From Planctomycetota bacterium (GTDB lineage: Bacteria > Planctomycetota > Planctomycetia > Pirellulales > UBA7805), in contig JAYYJN010000079.1 of the NCBI GenBank assembly GCA_036146215.1, positions 1,928 to 65,927 of the forward strand: a DNA stretch of 64,000 bases. The letters run 5' to 3'. Shown here piece after piece: positions 29,114 through 38,842 of the stretch; positions within the stretch are counted from its first letter, which is position 1, and each line of letters begins with the position of its first letter. The position numbers were made by a program, and so were the translations under genes. The notes under the pieces were generated by a model. The model ran no database searches, was not told the origin of the DNA, and saw only the letters and a program-made list of their open reading frames with translations.

Positions 29114-30325
29114 TTAGCCCGTTCTTCGTGCAGATTCAAAATAGGCCGCAATTGTCTGCACGACAAACCGCTGTTCTTCGTCAGCGAGCTCGGGAAAAAT
29201 CGGCAATGCAAGTGTTTCGCGCGCCGCTTTTTCGGTTTCCGGCAAACTACCGACTTCATATCCAAGGTCAGTAAAACATGCCTGTCGGTGCAGAGGTACC
29301 GGATAATAGATTTCGGTGCCGACTTTGGCTTCCGTTAAGTAGCTTCGCAATGCATCTCTCTGTCCGCCTCGGACGCGAATCACATACTGATTCCAGACGT
29401 GTCTGGACTCGACTGTTGAGACGGGTAATTCTAGGTGATCTGTAAGTCCCGCGGCCCCGAGCAACTGGTCGTATTTGCGCGCATTTTCGATCCGCATTTC
29501 GGTCCACCGCTCAAGATGAGGAAGTTTGACATTGAGCACGGCCGCTTGGAGGCTATCGAGTCGACTATTTACGCCGATAGCCTGATGATAATAACGCGGT
29601 CGCATACCATGTCCTCGCAGCAGTGAAACACGATCGGACCACCTTTCATCGCTGCAGGTCAGAATACCGCCGTCTCCGGGGCCACCAAGATTTTTGGTCG
29701 GATAGAAACTGAAGCAACCCATGTCACCCAAAGCCCCGGCCCGTCGTCCCTGGTATTCCGCACCAATAGCCTGCGCGGCATCTTCAATCATCATTAGATC
29801 ATTTCCACGAGCAATATCGCAAAGTGTGTTCATGTCTGCACACTGCCCGAAAAGATGCACAGGGATGATTGCTTTCGTATGCTTTGTGATGCGTCGTGCT
29901 ACATCTGTGGGGTCGATATTGAAGGTGGTTGGTTCAATATCAGCGAATACAACTTTTGCTCCTACCCGCGTCACGGCACTAGCGGTGGAAAAGAATGTGT
30001 AACTTGGCACAATCACTTCGTCGCCGACACCGATATCTGCAGCCATCAAAGCCAAAAGCAGGGCATCGCTACCGGAGGCGCATCCCACGGCAAAATTTGA
30101 TTGACAAAAGGTGGCAATTTTTGCCTCCAGTTTTTTGACTTCCGGGCCAAGCACAAATTGGCCCGAATCAAAAACGCTTGAGATAGCGGCGTCGATCTCA
30201 TCGCGTAGCGGCGCCATTTGACGCTGGATATCGAATAAGGGAACGCTTTGTACGGAAGGGCAAAAGGTGCCTGCCGCTAAATATTGTGACCCATCGCTCA
30301 CCGCAACATCGTTGCTCATCGCCAT
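29114..30325 (-). CDS. DegT/DnrJ/EryC1/StrS-family PLP-dependent sugar aminotransferase
   Basis: VPLFDIQRQMAPLRDEIDAAISSVFDSGQFVLGPEVKKLE..., GCASGSDALLLAL and FSFYPTKNLGGPGDGG are family hallmarks. The track start 30505 adds about 60 non-homologous residues, so I prefer ATG 30325 (MAMSNDV). Confidence 0.9.
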   Translation of the reverse strand: MAMSNDVAVSDGSQYLAAGTFCPSVQSVPLFDIQRQMAPLRDEIDAAISSVFDSGQFVLGPEVKKLEAKIATFCQSNFAVGCASGSDALLLALMAADIGVGDEVIVPSYTFFSTASAVTRVGAKVVFADIEPTTFNIDPTDVARRITKHTKAIIPVHLFGQCADMNTLCDIARGNDLMMIEDAAQAIGAEYQGRRAGALGDMGCFSFYPTKNLGGPGDGGILTCSDERWSDRVSLLRGHGMRPRYYHQAIGVNSRLDSLQAAVLNVKLPHLERWTEMRIENARKYDQLLGAAGLTDHLELPVSTVESRHVWNQYVIRVRGGQRDALRSYLTEAKVGTEIYYPVPLHRQACFTDLGYEVGSLPETEKAARETLALPIFPELADEEQRFVVQTIAAYFESARRTG

Positions 30326-30609
30326 CGTGGCTTTTCCTTTTTCGAAACCGGTATCTTTAACTGTCGCTAACTGAATAGAAGGGCATGATTTAGATTTTTC
30401 TCGCATAGTCGTCAAGGTCGAACCGGTGGCACCTGCCGCCAGCAGCCTGAGTGTCTGATCCTTGCCAGCAGTGCCACCGGTTAAGAATTCCTCAAAAGCT
30501 CGCAATTTACCGGCAAGGCCAGACTTTTGCCTGCTTGTCTATGCTTGTTTACCCTGCTTCGCCAGTATATTTTGAGGAAGGAAACCTCCCACCCTAAACC
30601 CACCGACCC

Positions 30610-32895
30610 TTGCCCATGTCTCGCTTCCGCTGTGTACCACGCGTTTTCGCAAAATATAACTCACTGCTGTATGCATTCTGTTTTTTTGGCCTGCTATTTG
30701 GGACAGCAGGCGATACCGGCGCAAGCGATCCTTTAGATTGGCCGAACTGGCGGGGTCCGCGACAAGATAGAAAATCAATTGAAACCAGCATACCTACTCG
30801 GTGGAATCCCAAGGGAGGTGCCGAAAGCAATCTACTCTGGAAGCGAGACGACTTGGGAAGCATTTCCACACCGGTGGTGCTAAACGACAAGCTCTATACG
30901 ATCGTTCGAAGCGAGCCGGGCACATCGCGCGAGGGAGAAAAAGTTGTGTGTGTCGATGCGGCGACCGGAGAAACAATTTGGGAGAATAAATTCAATGTTT
31001 ATCTCTCGGACGTTCCTGACACGAGAGTCGGTTGGTCGAGTTGCGTTGCCGACCCAGATACAGGCCATATTTACGCACTCGGCGTGTGTGGCATGTTTCA
31101 ATGTCTTGACGGAGAGTCAGGAGAAACGCTCTGGTCTCACTCACTCCACGAAGAGTACGGTCTTTTAAGCACATATGGTGGTCGCACCAACGTTCCAGTT
31201 CTATTTGACGATCTTGTCATTATAAGTGCTATTGTGATTGGCTGGGGAGACATGGCAAAACCGGCGCATCGTTTCCTTGCATTCGATAAAAATACAGGCG
31301 AACTGATTTGGTTTAACGGCACTCGATTGCTGCCCTACGATACGACCTACAGCACACCTAGTATTTCAATGCTCGGGGGTCAGGCCGCACTTATTTTTGG
31401 CTCGGGCGATGGCGCGGTCTGGGCACTGCAACCGCGAACAGGTAAGCCGATTTGGAAATATCAATTTTCCCGCCGCGGATTGAATGTGTCTCCGTTGGTG
31501 ATCGACGAGAAAGTCTATGCGGCACATGGTGAAGAGAATATTGACGACACGACAATGGGAGGGCTGATCTGCATTGATCCGGCACGAGATGGTCCAGAGG
31601 GACCTGCCGGGGAAATCGATCTAACGGGGACGGGGGAAGTTTGGCGAGTAAAGGAAGTTATGATCGGTAAGAGTTCCCCTCTTTTGATTGATGGAACATT
31701 GGTAGTAGTGGATGATCGCGCGACCTTGATGGGTTTTGATGCAACCACGGGTGAGCGAAAATTCAGAAAAAAACTCGGTACGGTAATGCGGTCTACACCT
31801 CTGTATGCTGACGGTAAGCTTTATCTTTGCACGGCAAACGGTCGCTGGTACACGCTTAAAATAGACGGTGACCGAGTAAAAACGCTCTACAAAATGCGAC
31901 TACCTGCAGGAGAGGGAAGTTACGGATCCCCGATTGTTTCGCATGGGCGTCTTTACATCCCGACCACGGAAAACCTCTATTGCGTGGCTGGCCAAACCAA
32001 CACAACGACGTCTGTTTCAGAGTCTCCGGAGGCTATCGAAGAAGCGGCCCCCGTCGATAGTGACGCCACTCATTTGCAGATCGTACCGGCAGATTCTTTG
32101 ATCCGTCCAGGAGAAAAAATCAATTTCCGTGCCCGATTATTCGATGAACGAGGCAGATTTTTGAAGGAGGTTCCTGCCGATTTTACCGTGGAGGGGCCCG
32201 GAACAATTGACGCCGATGGTGTCTATGTTGCTGCGGATACAAGTGCGCATCAGGCAGGTGTCGTTCACGGTAAAGTGGGTTCGCTGACCGGGACAGCACG
32301 TATCCGCTTGGTTCCCGATTTACCCTGGGTATTTGATTTCAATGACGAAGCAGTTCCAATCACTTGGGTAGGTGCACGTTACCGCCATCAGGCCCGTAAT
32401 CTGGATGGTGAGCAGACGATGGTTAAGGTTTCCACCATTCCCAAGGGGGCACGGTCTCGGGCATGGATGGGGCATCCCGACATGCACGACTATACGGTCG
32501 AGGCCGATGTGCGTGGGGATGTGAAAGATAATAAAATGCCCGATATCGGCCTGATCGCACAGCGTTACACGCTTGATCTGATGGGTGCGTATCAGAAGTT
32601 ACAGATTCGATCTTGGGTGCCTGTGATGAGAATGGCCAAAAGCGTTGATTTTTCCTGGAGTCCTGATGTCTGGTATCGTATGAAGTTCTCTGTGACGACT
32701 GAGGAACACGATGGACAGATGCGTGCATTGCTTCGGGGTAAGGTCTGGCCACGCGACCAAGAAGAACCGACCGCCTGGACGATTGAGGCGATCGACGAAT
32801 CACCCAATCTGAATGGAAGTCCAGGACTATATGGTAACGCAAAAGATGCGGAACTATATCTGGACAATATTCGAGTTTACCCGAATGATTCATAG
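30610..32895 (+). CDS. Secreted PQQ-like beta-propeller repeat protein with a C-terminal concanavalin/DUF1080-like domain
   Basis: The signal peptide is followed by DWPNWRGPRQDRKS. Repeated propeller blades carry G..IW and LY.....G motifs (ATGETIWEN, SGETLWSH, TGELIWFN, TGKPIWKY). The C-terminus ends LYLDNIRVYPN. Confidence 0.85.
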   Translation: MPMSRFRCVPRVFAKYNSLLYAFCFFGLLFGTAGDTGASDPLDWPNWRGPRQDRKSIETSIPTRWNPKGGAESNLLWKRDDLGSISTPVVLNDKLYTIVRSEPGTSREGEKVVCVDAATGETIWENKFNVYLSDVPDTRVGWSSCVADPDTGHIYALGVCGMFQCLDGESGETLWSHSLHEEYGLLSTYGGRTNVPVLFDDLVIISAIVIGWGDMAKPAHRFLAFDKNTGELIWFNGTRLLPYDTTYSTPSISMLGGQAALIFGSGDGAVWALQPRTGKPIWKYQFSRRGLNVSPLVIDEKVYAAHGEENIDDTTMGGLICIDPARDGPEGPAGEIDLTGTGEVWRVKEVMIGKSSPLLIDGTLVVVDDRATLMGFDATTGERKFRKKLGTVMRSTPLYADGKLYLCTANGRWYTLKIDGDRVKTLYKMRLPAGEGSYGSPIVSHGRLYIPTTENLYCVAGQTNTTTSVSESPEAIEEAAPVDSDATHLQIVPADSLIRPGEKINFRARLFDERGRFLKEVPADFTVEGPGTIDADGVYVAADTSAHQAGVVHGKVGSLTGTARIRLVPDLPWVFDFNDEAVPITWVGARYRHQARNLDGEQTMVKVSTIPKGARSRAWMGHPDMHDYTVEADVRGDVKDNKMPDIGLIAQRYTLDLMGAYQKLQIRSWVPVMRMAKSVDFSWSPDVWYRMKFSVTTEEHDGQMRALLRGKVWPRDQEEPTAWTIEAIDESPNLNGSPGLYGNAKDAELYLDNIRVYPNDS

Positions 32896-32970
32896 AGGAG
32901 TCAGGCGGCTAGAAGAGAGAACACATCGTTAGTTATCTGTGATTGATTACCGAGAGGATAATACAGTTCG

Positions 32971-34971
32971 ATGCACGGAAAAAAACAACTGATCGCTTTT
33001 GCGTTGGGTTTCATTTGCAGTATGCCTGGTATTGGGTTCACCGAAGAGGAAAAATCTTCGAGTCCTGCCGTGACAAAAGAGTGGACCCAATGGGGTGGTG
33101 ATAGTCAGCGGAACAATACACCGGTGGGTAAAAATATTCCCTTGGACTGGTCACCCGGGGAATTTGTTGGCAACCCGGCAGTCTGGCAAGCGGACACGGC
33201 CAAAAATATTAAATGGGTCGCCCGGTTGGGCTCTCAGACTTATGGAAATGCGGTTGTGGCTGGCGATAAAGTATTCGTGGGAACCAACAACAGTGGGGGT
33301 TGGCTGCCCCGGTATCCGGGGAAGGTGGATTTAGGTTGTTTGCTTGCCTTCGATAAGCAGGACGGTTCGTTTCTCTGGCAGGATTCAAGCGAAAAACTTC
33401 GTACAGGTCGCGTGCATGACTGGCCACTGCAGGGGATTTGCTGTGCACCACTCGTCGAGCAGGATCGTCTTTGGTTTGTGACAAGTCGCGGCGAAGTGAA
33501 ATGTTTGGACACCGAAGGTTTTTATGACGATCAGGATGACGGTGTGCCCGCGGGATGGGCCAGAATGTTCGATATCACTAAGAAGTCAGATCCAGCGACT
33601 GACCCGGTAAAAGGCGCCGTGTCGCAGCTTGACGCTGGAGAAATCCCCGAGGTCATTCGGGATGGTTTTGTGAAGGCAGGCTCACCCCTTCCGGAAAAGG
33701 TTCGGGTCACAACCGAAACAGTGGGAAAAAAATGGTCTCTCGTGCCCCTGGCACTGGTAGATGGAGAGGGAGATCGCTTCGAAGTCCGGCTTATAGGCCC
33801 CAAGTTGAGTGGCTTCAAACAAATTACGACTTCCGATAAACAGGAGTCGGATGTTGTCTGGGTCTATGACATGATGAAAGGTTTGGGAATTTCTCAGCAC
33901 AATATGTGCAGTTGTTCTGTAACGTCGGCTGGCGATCTTTTATTTGTGAATACCTCTAATGGCGTCGATGAATCGCATATTCTGCTCCCTTCGCCCGATG
34001 CGCCGAGTTTTCTTGCGATGGATAAAAATTCAGGCGAAGTTCTCTGGACCGACAATTCTCCAGGAATCAATATTTTGCACGGTCAGTGGTCTTCCCCTGC
34101 CTATGCTGTATTGGGTGGGGTTGCTCAGGTTATTTTTGCGGGTGGTGATGGTTGGGTTTATAGCTTTGATCCGCAGGGTGATGGCAACGGGAATTCTAAA
34201 TTGCTCTGGAAATTCGATGCCAATCCCAAGGAATCAAAATGGGAACTCGGCGGACGGGGAACCCGTAATAATGTTATTGCGACCCCAGTCATTTATGATG
34301 ATTTGGTCTACGTTGCGGTCGGGCAGGATCCGGAACATGCCGAAGGCAACGGACATCTCTGGTGCATTGATCCGACCAAGCGTGGTGATGTGAGTCCTAC
34401 CTTGGCATATCACGTCGATAATCCGAATGACACGATTCCACATCGACGTTTGCAAGCGGTCGATCCGAAAAAAGGAGAGGTAGCCCGTGATAATCCCAAC
34501 TCCGCGGTCGTCTGGCATTATGACAAGCAGGATCAAAATCAGGATGGTGAAATCGATTGGGAAGAAGAGATGCATCGGAGTTGTGGCACGGTCGCGATCA
34601 AGGATGGCCTGCTCTATATTTCTGACTTCAGCGGACTCTTTCACTGCCTCGATGCCAAAACCGGTAAAGTGCATTGGACCCATGATATGTTAGCCGCCGC
34701 CTGGGGTTCTCCGTTGATCGTTGATGGCAAAGTCTATATCGGGGATGAAGACGGAGACGTAACCATATTCAAACTCTCTCCAGAGAAAGAGATTCTTTCG
34801 GTCGATGAATATGGAGATTCAGGTCCGATCAATATGGGCAACTCGGTCTATAGCACGCCAATCGTTGCAGATAATGTGCTCTATATCAGCAACAAAACCC
34901 ACCTCTTTGCCATTGCCGAGCAGTCGGAAGAGGATGTGGACGAGCCGTCGACGGACGAGGGCAGCAATTGA
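32971..34971 (+). CDS. Secreted PQQ-like beta-propeller repeat protein
   Basis: Signal peptide, WTQWGGDSQRNN, and repeated blades (DGSFLWQD, SGEVLWTD, TGKVHWTH, VYIGDEDGDVTIF). It is a distant paralog of the upstream gene. Confidence 0.85.
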   Translation: MHGKKQLIAFALGFICSMPGIGFTEEEKSSSPAVTKEWTQWGGDSQRNNTPVGKNIPLDWSPGEFVGNPAVWQADTAKNIKWVARLGSQTYGNAVVAGDKVFVGTNNSGGWLPRYPGKVDLGCLLAFDKQDGSFLWQDSSEKLRTGRVHDWPLQGICCAPLVEQDRLWFVTSRGEVKCLDTEGFYDDQDDGVPAGWARMFDITKKSDPATDPVKGAVSQLDAGEIPEVIRDGFVKAGSPLPEKVRVTTETVGKKWSLVPLALVDGEGDRFEVRLIGPKLSGFKQITTSDKQESDVVWVYDMMKGLGISQHNMCSCSVTSAGDLLFVNTSNGVDESHILLPSPDAPSFLAMDKNSGEVLWTDNSPGINILHGQWSSPAYAVLGGVAQVIFAGGDGWVYSFDPQGDGNGNSKLLWKFDANPKESKWELGGRGTRNNVIATPVIYDDLVYVAVGQDPEHAEGNGHLWCIDPTKRGDVSPTLAYHVDNPNDTIPHRRLQAVDPKKGEVARDNPNSAVVWHYDKQDQNQDGEIDWEEEMHRSCGTVAIKDGLLYISDFSGLFHCLDAKTGKVHWTHDMLAAAWGSPLIVDGKVYIGDEDGDVTIFKLSPEKEILSVDEYGDSGPINMGNSVYSTPIVADNVLYISNKTHLFAIAEQSEEDVDEPSTDEGSN

Positions 34972-34972
34972 T

Positions 34973-35449
34973 CTAGGAATCGATTTCTGCGATTGCCTGC
35001 AGCACCTCCTGATCATGTCCGTCTACCCGAACACGACGCCAGATTTTCGCAAAGCGTCCTTTGGCATCAATCAGAAAAGTGCTGCGCACGATCCCCATCG
35101 TTTTTTTACCGTACATATTCTTTTCACGCCACGCCCCATACTTCTCTGCAACTTTGTGTTCACGGTCGACCAATAAAGGAAAATTCAGCTTATACTTCTT
35201 GCGGAATTTTTCGTGATCCTCCTGGCTATCCGGGCTAATGCCGACGATCTGCACGCCCAATTTCTTAAATTTCTGTTTCTGATCCCGAAAGGCACAGGCC
35301 TCCTTCGTGCAACCAGGAGTGTCGTCCTTTGGATAAAAATAAATTACGACTGGATTGCCCTTGGACTCACTCAGTTTCCACTTTGATCCATCATTTGCTT
35401 CTAGCGTGAATTGTGGAGCTTTATCGCCCTCTTCCGGCCACTCACCCAT
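34973..35449 (-). CDS. bcp: Thioredoxin-dependent peroxiredoxin Bcp
   Basis: APQFTLEANDGSKWKLSESKGNPVVIYFYPKDDTPGCTKEACAFRD is the Bcp/PrxQ active-site context. 158 aa. Confidence 0.9.
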   Translation of the reverse strand: MGEWPEEGDKAPQFTLEANDGSKWKLSESKGNPVVIYFYPKDDTPGCTKEACAFRDQKQKFKKLGVQIVGISPDSQEDHEKFRKKYKLNFPLLVDREHKVAEKYGAWREKNMYGKKTMGIVRSTFLIDAKGRFAKIWRRVRVDGHDQEVLQAIAEIDS

Positions 35450-35507
35450 AACAGCGCCTTTCTATTTTATGTTGCAATTTCGAGCCAAGACAATTGTGTA
35501 TTGTTTT

Positions 35508-36965
35508 TCACCCACCCCATTTTTCAAGATACCTGGTGGTACGATACTTCCTCGCAGTGTTTTCGGAACTCATGTAACGTATTTTTCCGAAGATCGGACG
35601 CTCCGGTCCCCAGGCTCGGTCGTATCGGCCAAGGACCCAGAAAATCCCGCTATAAGAATTAGGGTCCCGCCCATCGACCGCATATTTGTTGTTTAAATGA
35701 ATCATCGTCTTCAGTGCCTCTTGCGGACTTGCAGACCATTCCAGAATCTTCTTACCCCACAACATTCGAAGATAATTGTGGACCTTACCTGACTGGGCCA
35801 ATTGCCTCTGTGCGGCGTTCCATAGCGGATCGTGGGTTTCGGCTGCATCGAACGAGTCTTGATCATAAAGATATGCTCTCGGATCATTTGCATGTTGTTG
35901 CAAAGTTTTTTTCGCCCAGTCGGGCAATGAGCTGTACCGTTCATAATCATTTCGATGAAAACACATATTAAAACCTAATTCACGCCAAGTGATGAGCTGA
36001 TCGAGAATCGCTTCTGTGTTTTCATCCACTCCCCACCATCCATCTCGAGACCCGGTCGTCGAGTCAGATAAATTATCCACGCCCCACGAGGCCCGCTGCA
36101 TGAGCCGATCAAAAATCAAGTGACTGCTGATGTGCCCAAAGTGTAGATAGGGTGAGAGGCCGCTGGATCCATCCTCCTCAGGAAGGTTTCGCATCGAGGC
36201 ATACGCATCCAATCGTTGGTCAATAAATCTCTTCAAACATTCCTCCGCGGCATGCGAGCCACCCGGAATTGTGACCGGCTGGACAGAGTGATCGATCGGA
36301 AAATTTTTGAGAGAGATTTTTGAAGGGGGGCGGGTGAGTTCCGGCCACCGCTCGCAGATTGAATCATCGAGCGTCACAGATCCGACGGTTTCTGACGACG
36401 GCATGGGATCGGCATCAGGTAAGACGTTCAGATGCGGCCGCAGATTTTTTTGGAGAAATCGCCGAAAATCATATGCCCGAGCGAAACACTTTTCCGTTCC
36501 AGCCATCGGAAAAATTCCATTGGAGTCGATCAACTCACACTTTTTCGGCAGTCGTTTCGTGACACGCCGCAACATCCGAGCTAGAAAAAACGCCGGATAG
36601 TCGTCTGTCACGACCACTGCGGCGTGGCTTGCCAGCGCATCGATCAGCCCATCTCCCGCACCTCGCGACGGTTCCAGATAGGCCCGATATTCAATTCCTT
36701 TTTTACGGCACTTGCGATCGTTTTCGAGCATCCCATCAATAATGAATCGATGGAACCGATCCGATGCCCAAGGATAGTCACAGCTCAGTGACTCTACGAT
36801 AAGTAACGGTTTTCGCAACTCGCGCGACCAATCGAGTGCCCGTTGAAGGCCGAAATTCCAATTGACTCGACGATGCGCAACCATCCAATAGAGAATATAG
36901 TCTCCATTTGGATCAACGGCTTGGGCATTGCCGCAGCGAATGCGATCTTGCGGAAAATCACGCAC
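35508..36965 (-). CDS. phr: Deoxyribodipyrimidine photolyase (class II CPD type)
   Basis: YILYWMVAHRRVNWNFGLQRAL..., SGLSPYLHFGHISS and NNKYAVDGRDPNSYSGIFWVLGRYDRAWGPERPIFGKIRYMS are class II photolyase blocks. Confidence 0.9.
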   Translation of the reverse strand: MRDFPQDRIRCGNAQAVDPNGDYILYWMVAHRRVNWNFGLQRALDWSRELRKPLLIVESLSCDYPWASDRFHRFIIDGMLENDRKCRKKGIEYRAYLEPSRGAGDGLIDALASHAAVVVTDDYPAFFLARMLRRVTKRLPKKCELIDSNGIFPMAGTEKCFARAYDFRRFLQKNLRPHLNVLPDADPMPSSETVGSVTLDDSICERWPELTRPPSKISLKNFPIDHSVQPVTIPGGSHAAEECLKRFIDQRLDAYASMRNLPEEDGSSGLSPYLHFGHISSHLIFDRLMQRASWGVDNLSDSTTGSRDGWWGVDENTEAILDQLITWRELGFNMCFHRNDYERYSSLPDWAKKTLQQHANDPRAYLYDQDSFDAAETHDPLWNAAQRQLAQSGKVHNYLRMLWGKKILEWSASPQEALKTMIHLNNKYAVDGRDPNSYSGIFWVLGRYDRAWGPERPIFGKIRYMSSENTARKYRTTRYLEKWGG

Positions 36966-36996
36966 AACTTTGATTCCTTGCCGGGGCGAGCGTCAA

Positions 36997-38043
36997 TTAC
37001 CGAGCGTGCTCCAGAAGGTAGTGACCAACCTTCCAATCTCGCCCGTTTGAAAAACGAAACAATTCAGCACATGCCATAAAAAACATTCGCCAGCGATGGA
37101 ACTGTAGTTTCGCCAAATCAGCTGGCAAGTGCTGGTGAAGGACATTGAATACCTGTTGCTTATTCAGGTCTTGGTGCAAAATCCAGTCTTCACATGTTTT
37201 GGCATAGTGATTTCCATCAATGGCCCATTGGCGAGCAACGCGTAGATCATCGCTAAAGTAGGAAAAAATATCTTCAGACGGCATGATGCCACCTGTGAAA
37301 AAGTGTTTTGCCATCCAATCTTTCTCGGAATCGGTTTCGAAGAGATATGCAAATAAACGATGGCAAAAAATATGAACAAATAGCTTTCCATCCGATTTCA
37401 GCCATCCTGCAACCCGCGCGAGTAATTGATGATAATTGCGCATGTGCTCAAACATCTCAATTGAGATCACGCGATCAAACCGCTCTTCAATGTTAAAGTC
37501 CGTCAGGTTTTTGGTCAGCACGGTGATCTGCTGGATTCCGCTCTTACGAGCTTGCGCGTCAATGTATTCTTTCTGACTCGCAGAATTAGATACGGCGACG
37601 ATACGAGTCCCCGGAAATCGCTCCGCAATCCAGAGACTCAATGAGCCCCATCCGCATCCCAGTTCCAAAATCGACATCCCGTCACGAATGCCTGCTCGTT
37701 GGCACGTCAATTCTAGCATTGCCTCTTCAGCCTCGGCTAAGCATTCATTCCCATTTGGATACAAGCAACAGCTGTATTTCATTCTGGGGCCGAGAATTAA
37801 CTTGAACATTTCGGCGGGCATTTCATAATGTTGACGATTCGCATCCTCTGTCTGTACAGCAATCGGATCATTTTTACGGTTGGCATAGAAAGATCTCTTG
37901 TCGCTTTTGCCCGATCCATTTTGCTGCTTGATTCGGTCGCGCAACAAACGACGAATACCATGACGAACAATAAAATCAGGTATCCAACCACGCTCGGCCA
38001 AATCTATACCAATCACTCTACGAAATCCTTTTTGGGCCACCAC
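36997..38043 (-). CDS. Cyclopropane-fatty-acyl-phospholipid synthase family SAM-dependent methyltransferase (short form)
   Basis: QHYEMPAEMFKLILGPRMKYSCCLY, SAM motif ILELGCGWGSLSLWIAE and ISIEMFEHMRNY (CMAS family). A GTG start overlaps the upstream gene's 3' end by about 30 nt. Confidence 0.85.
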   Translation of the reverse strand: MVAQKGFRRVIGIDLAERGWIPDFIVRHGIRRLLRDRIKQQNGSGKSDKRSFYANRKNDPIAVQTEDANRQHYEMPAEMFKLILGPRMKYSCCLYPNGNECLAEAEEAMLELTCQRAGIRDGMSILELGCGWGSLSLWIAERFPGTRIVAVSNSASQKEYIDAQARKSGIQQITVLTKNLTDFNIEERFDRVISIEMFEHMRNYHQLLARVAGWLKSDGKLFVHIFCHRLFAYLFETDSEKDWMAKHFFTGGIMPSEDIFSYFSDDLRVARQWAIDGNHYAKTCEDWILHQDLNKQQVFNVLHQHLPADLAKLQFHRWRMFFMACAELFRFSNGRDWKVGHYLLEHAR

Positions 38044-38801
38044 GGGATGAATGCACTCGTCGTCTTTTGATACTTTCGGTAATCGTCGCCCCGGCTCGCA
38101 ATCGCTTGCGCCTCAGTCGGAGGAATTCCTGTTTTGTAAACCAAGGTGTATAGCAGCAACAGCGGTAAAACAATGGCGACCCACCAGTAGGAATTTCCAA
38201 TTGAAAAAGGTAGCCAGCACCACCAAAGAACCCACTCAAAAAAGTAATTCGGGTGCCGTGTGTAGTACCACAGCCCGGCTCTACATGTCTTGCCATGGTT
38301 TTGCTTGTTTTGCTTGAACTGATTTAATTGAGAGTCAGCAATCGCAACTCCCAAGAAGCCGAACAGCCAGATTGCAATTCCAAAAATATCGCAGATCCCA
38401 AAGTGACCTTTATTCCAGCATGCCACGAGCAGGGGAAGCACGAAGAGCAGGATGGCAACAGCCTGAATTTGAAAAAAACAAAATAGCCACCGATTCGCCG
38501 CTGTCCCCCACTTCTTCCTCAGTGTGGCATAACGACTTTCTTCGGCATGTCCTCGCATACGACGAAAAAGATAAAATGTGAGGCGAAATGACCAGATACC
38601 AATAAGAATAGCGGCAGTGAAACGTCGTGAAAGATCACCCCCTGATGAGATCGCACAAAAAATACCACTCACCCCGATTCCACTCGCCCAGCCAAGATCG
38701 ACAATCCCAGCGTTTTTTCGAACCAATTGGATGCACCACAAAAGCACCATGAGGGAGCATGCAAAGATCGTAATCAAAATAATTTGTATTGCGGGAGTCA
38801 T
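38013..38801 (-). CDS. DUF1295 family membrane protein (steroid 5-alpha-reductase / ICMT-like fold)
   Basis: Polytopic membrane protein with GLWYYTRHPNYFFEWVLWW, the DUF1295 signature. ATG 38801 is preceded by GGAGGATACTGAA (a strong SD), which I prefer to the track start 38828. Confidence 0.8.
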   Translation of the reverse strand: MTPAIQIILITIFACSLMVLLWCIQLVRKNAGIVDLGWASGIGVSGIFCAISSGGDLSRRFTAAILIGIWSFRLTFYLFRRMRGHAEESRYATLRKKWGTAANRWLFCFFQIQAVAILLFVLPLLVACWNKGHFGICDIFGIAIWLFGFLGVAIADSQLNQFKQNKQNHGKTCRAGLWYYTRHPNYFFEWVLWWCWLPFSIGNSYWWVAIVLPLLLLYTLVYKTGIPPTEAQAIASRGDDYRKYQKTTSAFIPWWPKKDFVE

Positions 38802-38842
38802 TTCAGTATCCTCCACACGTCGGCACACAAGGGAACTGGGGG

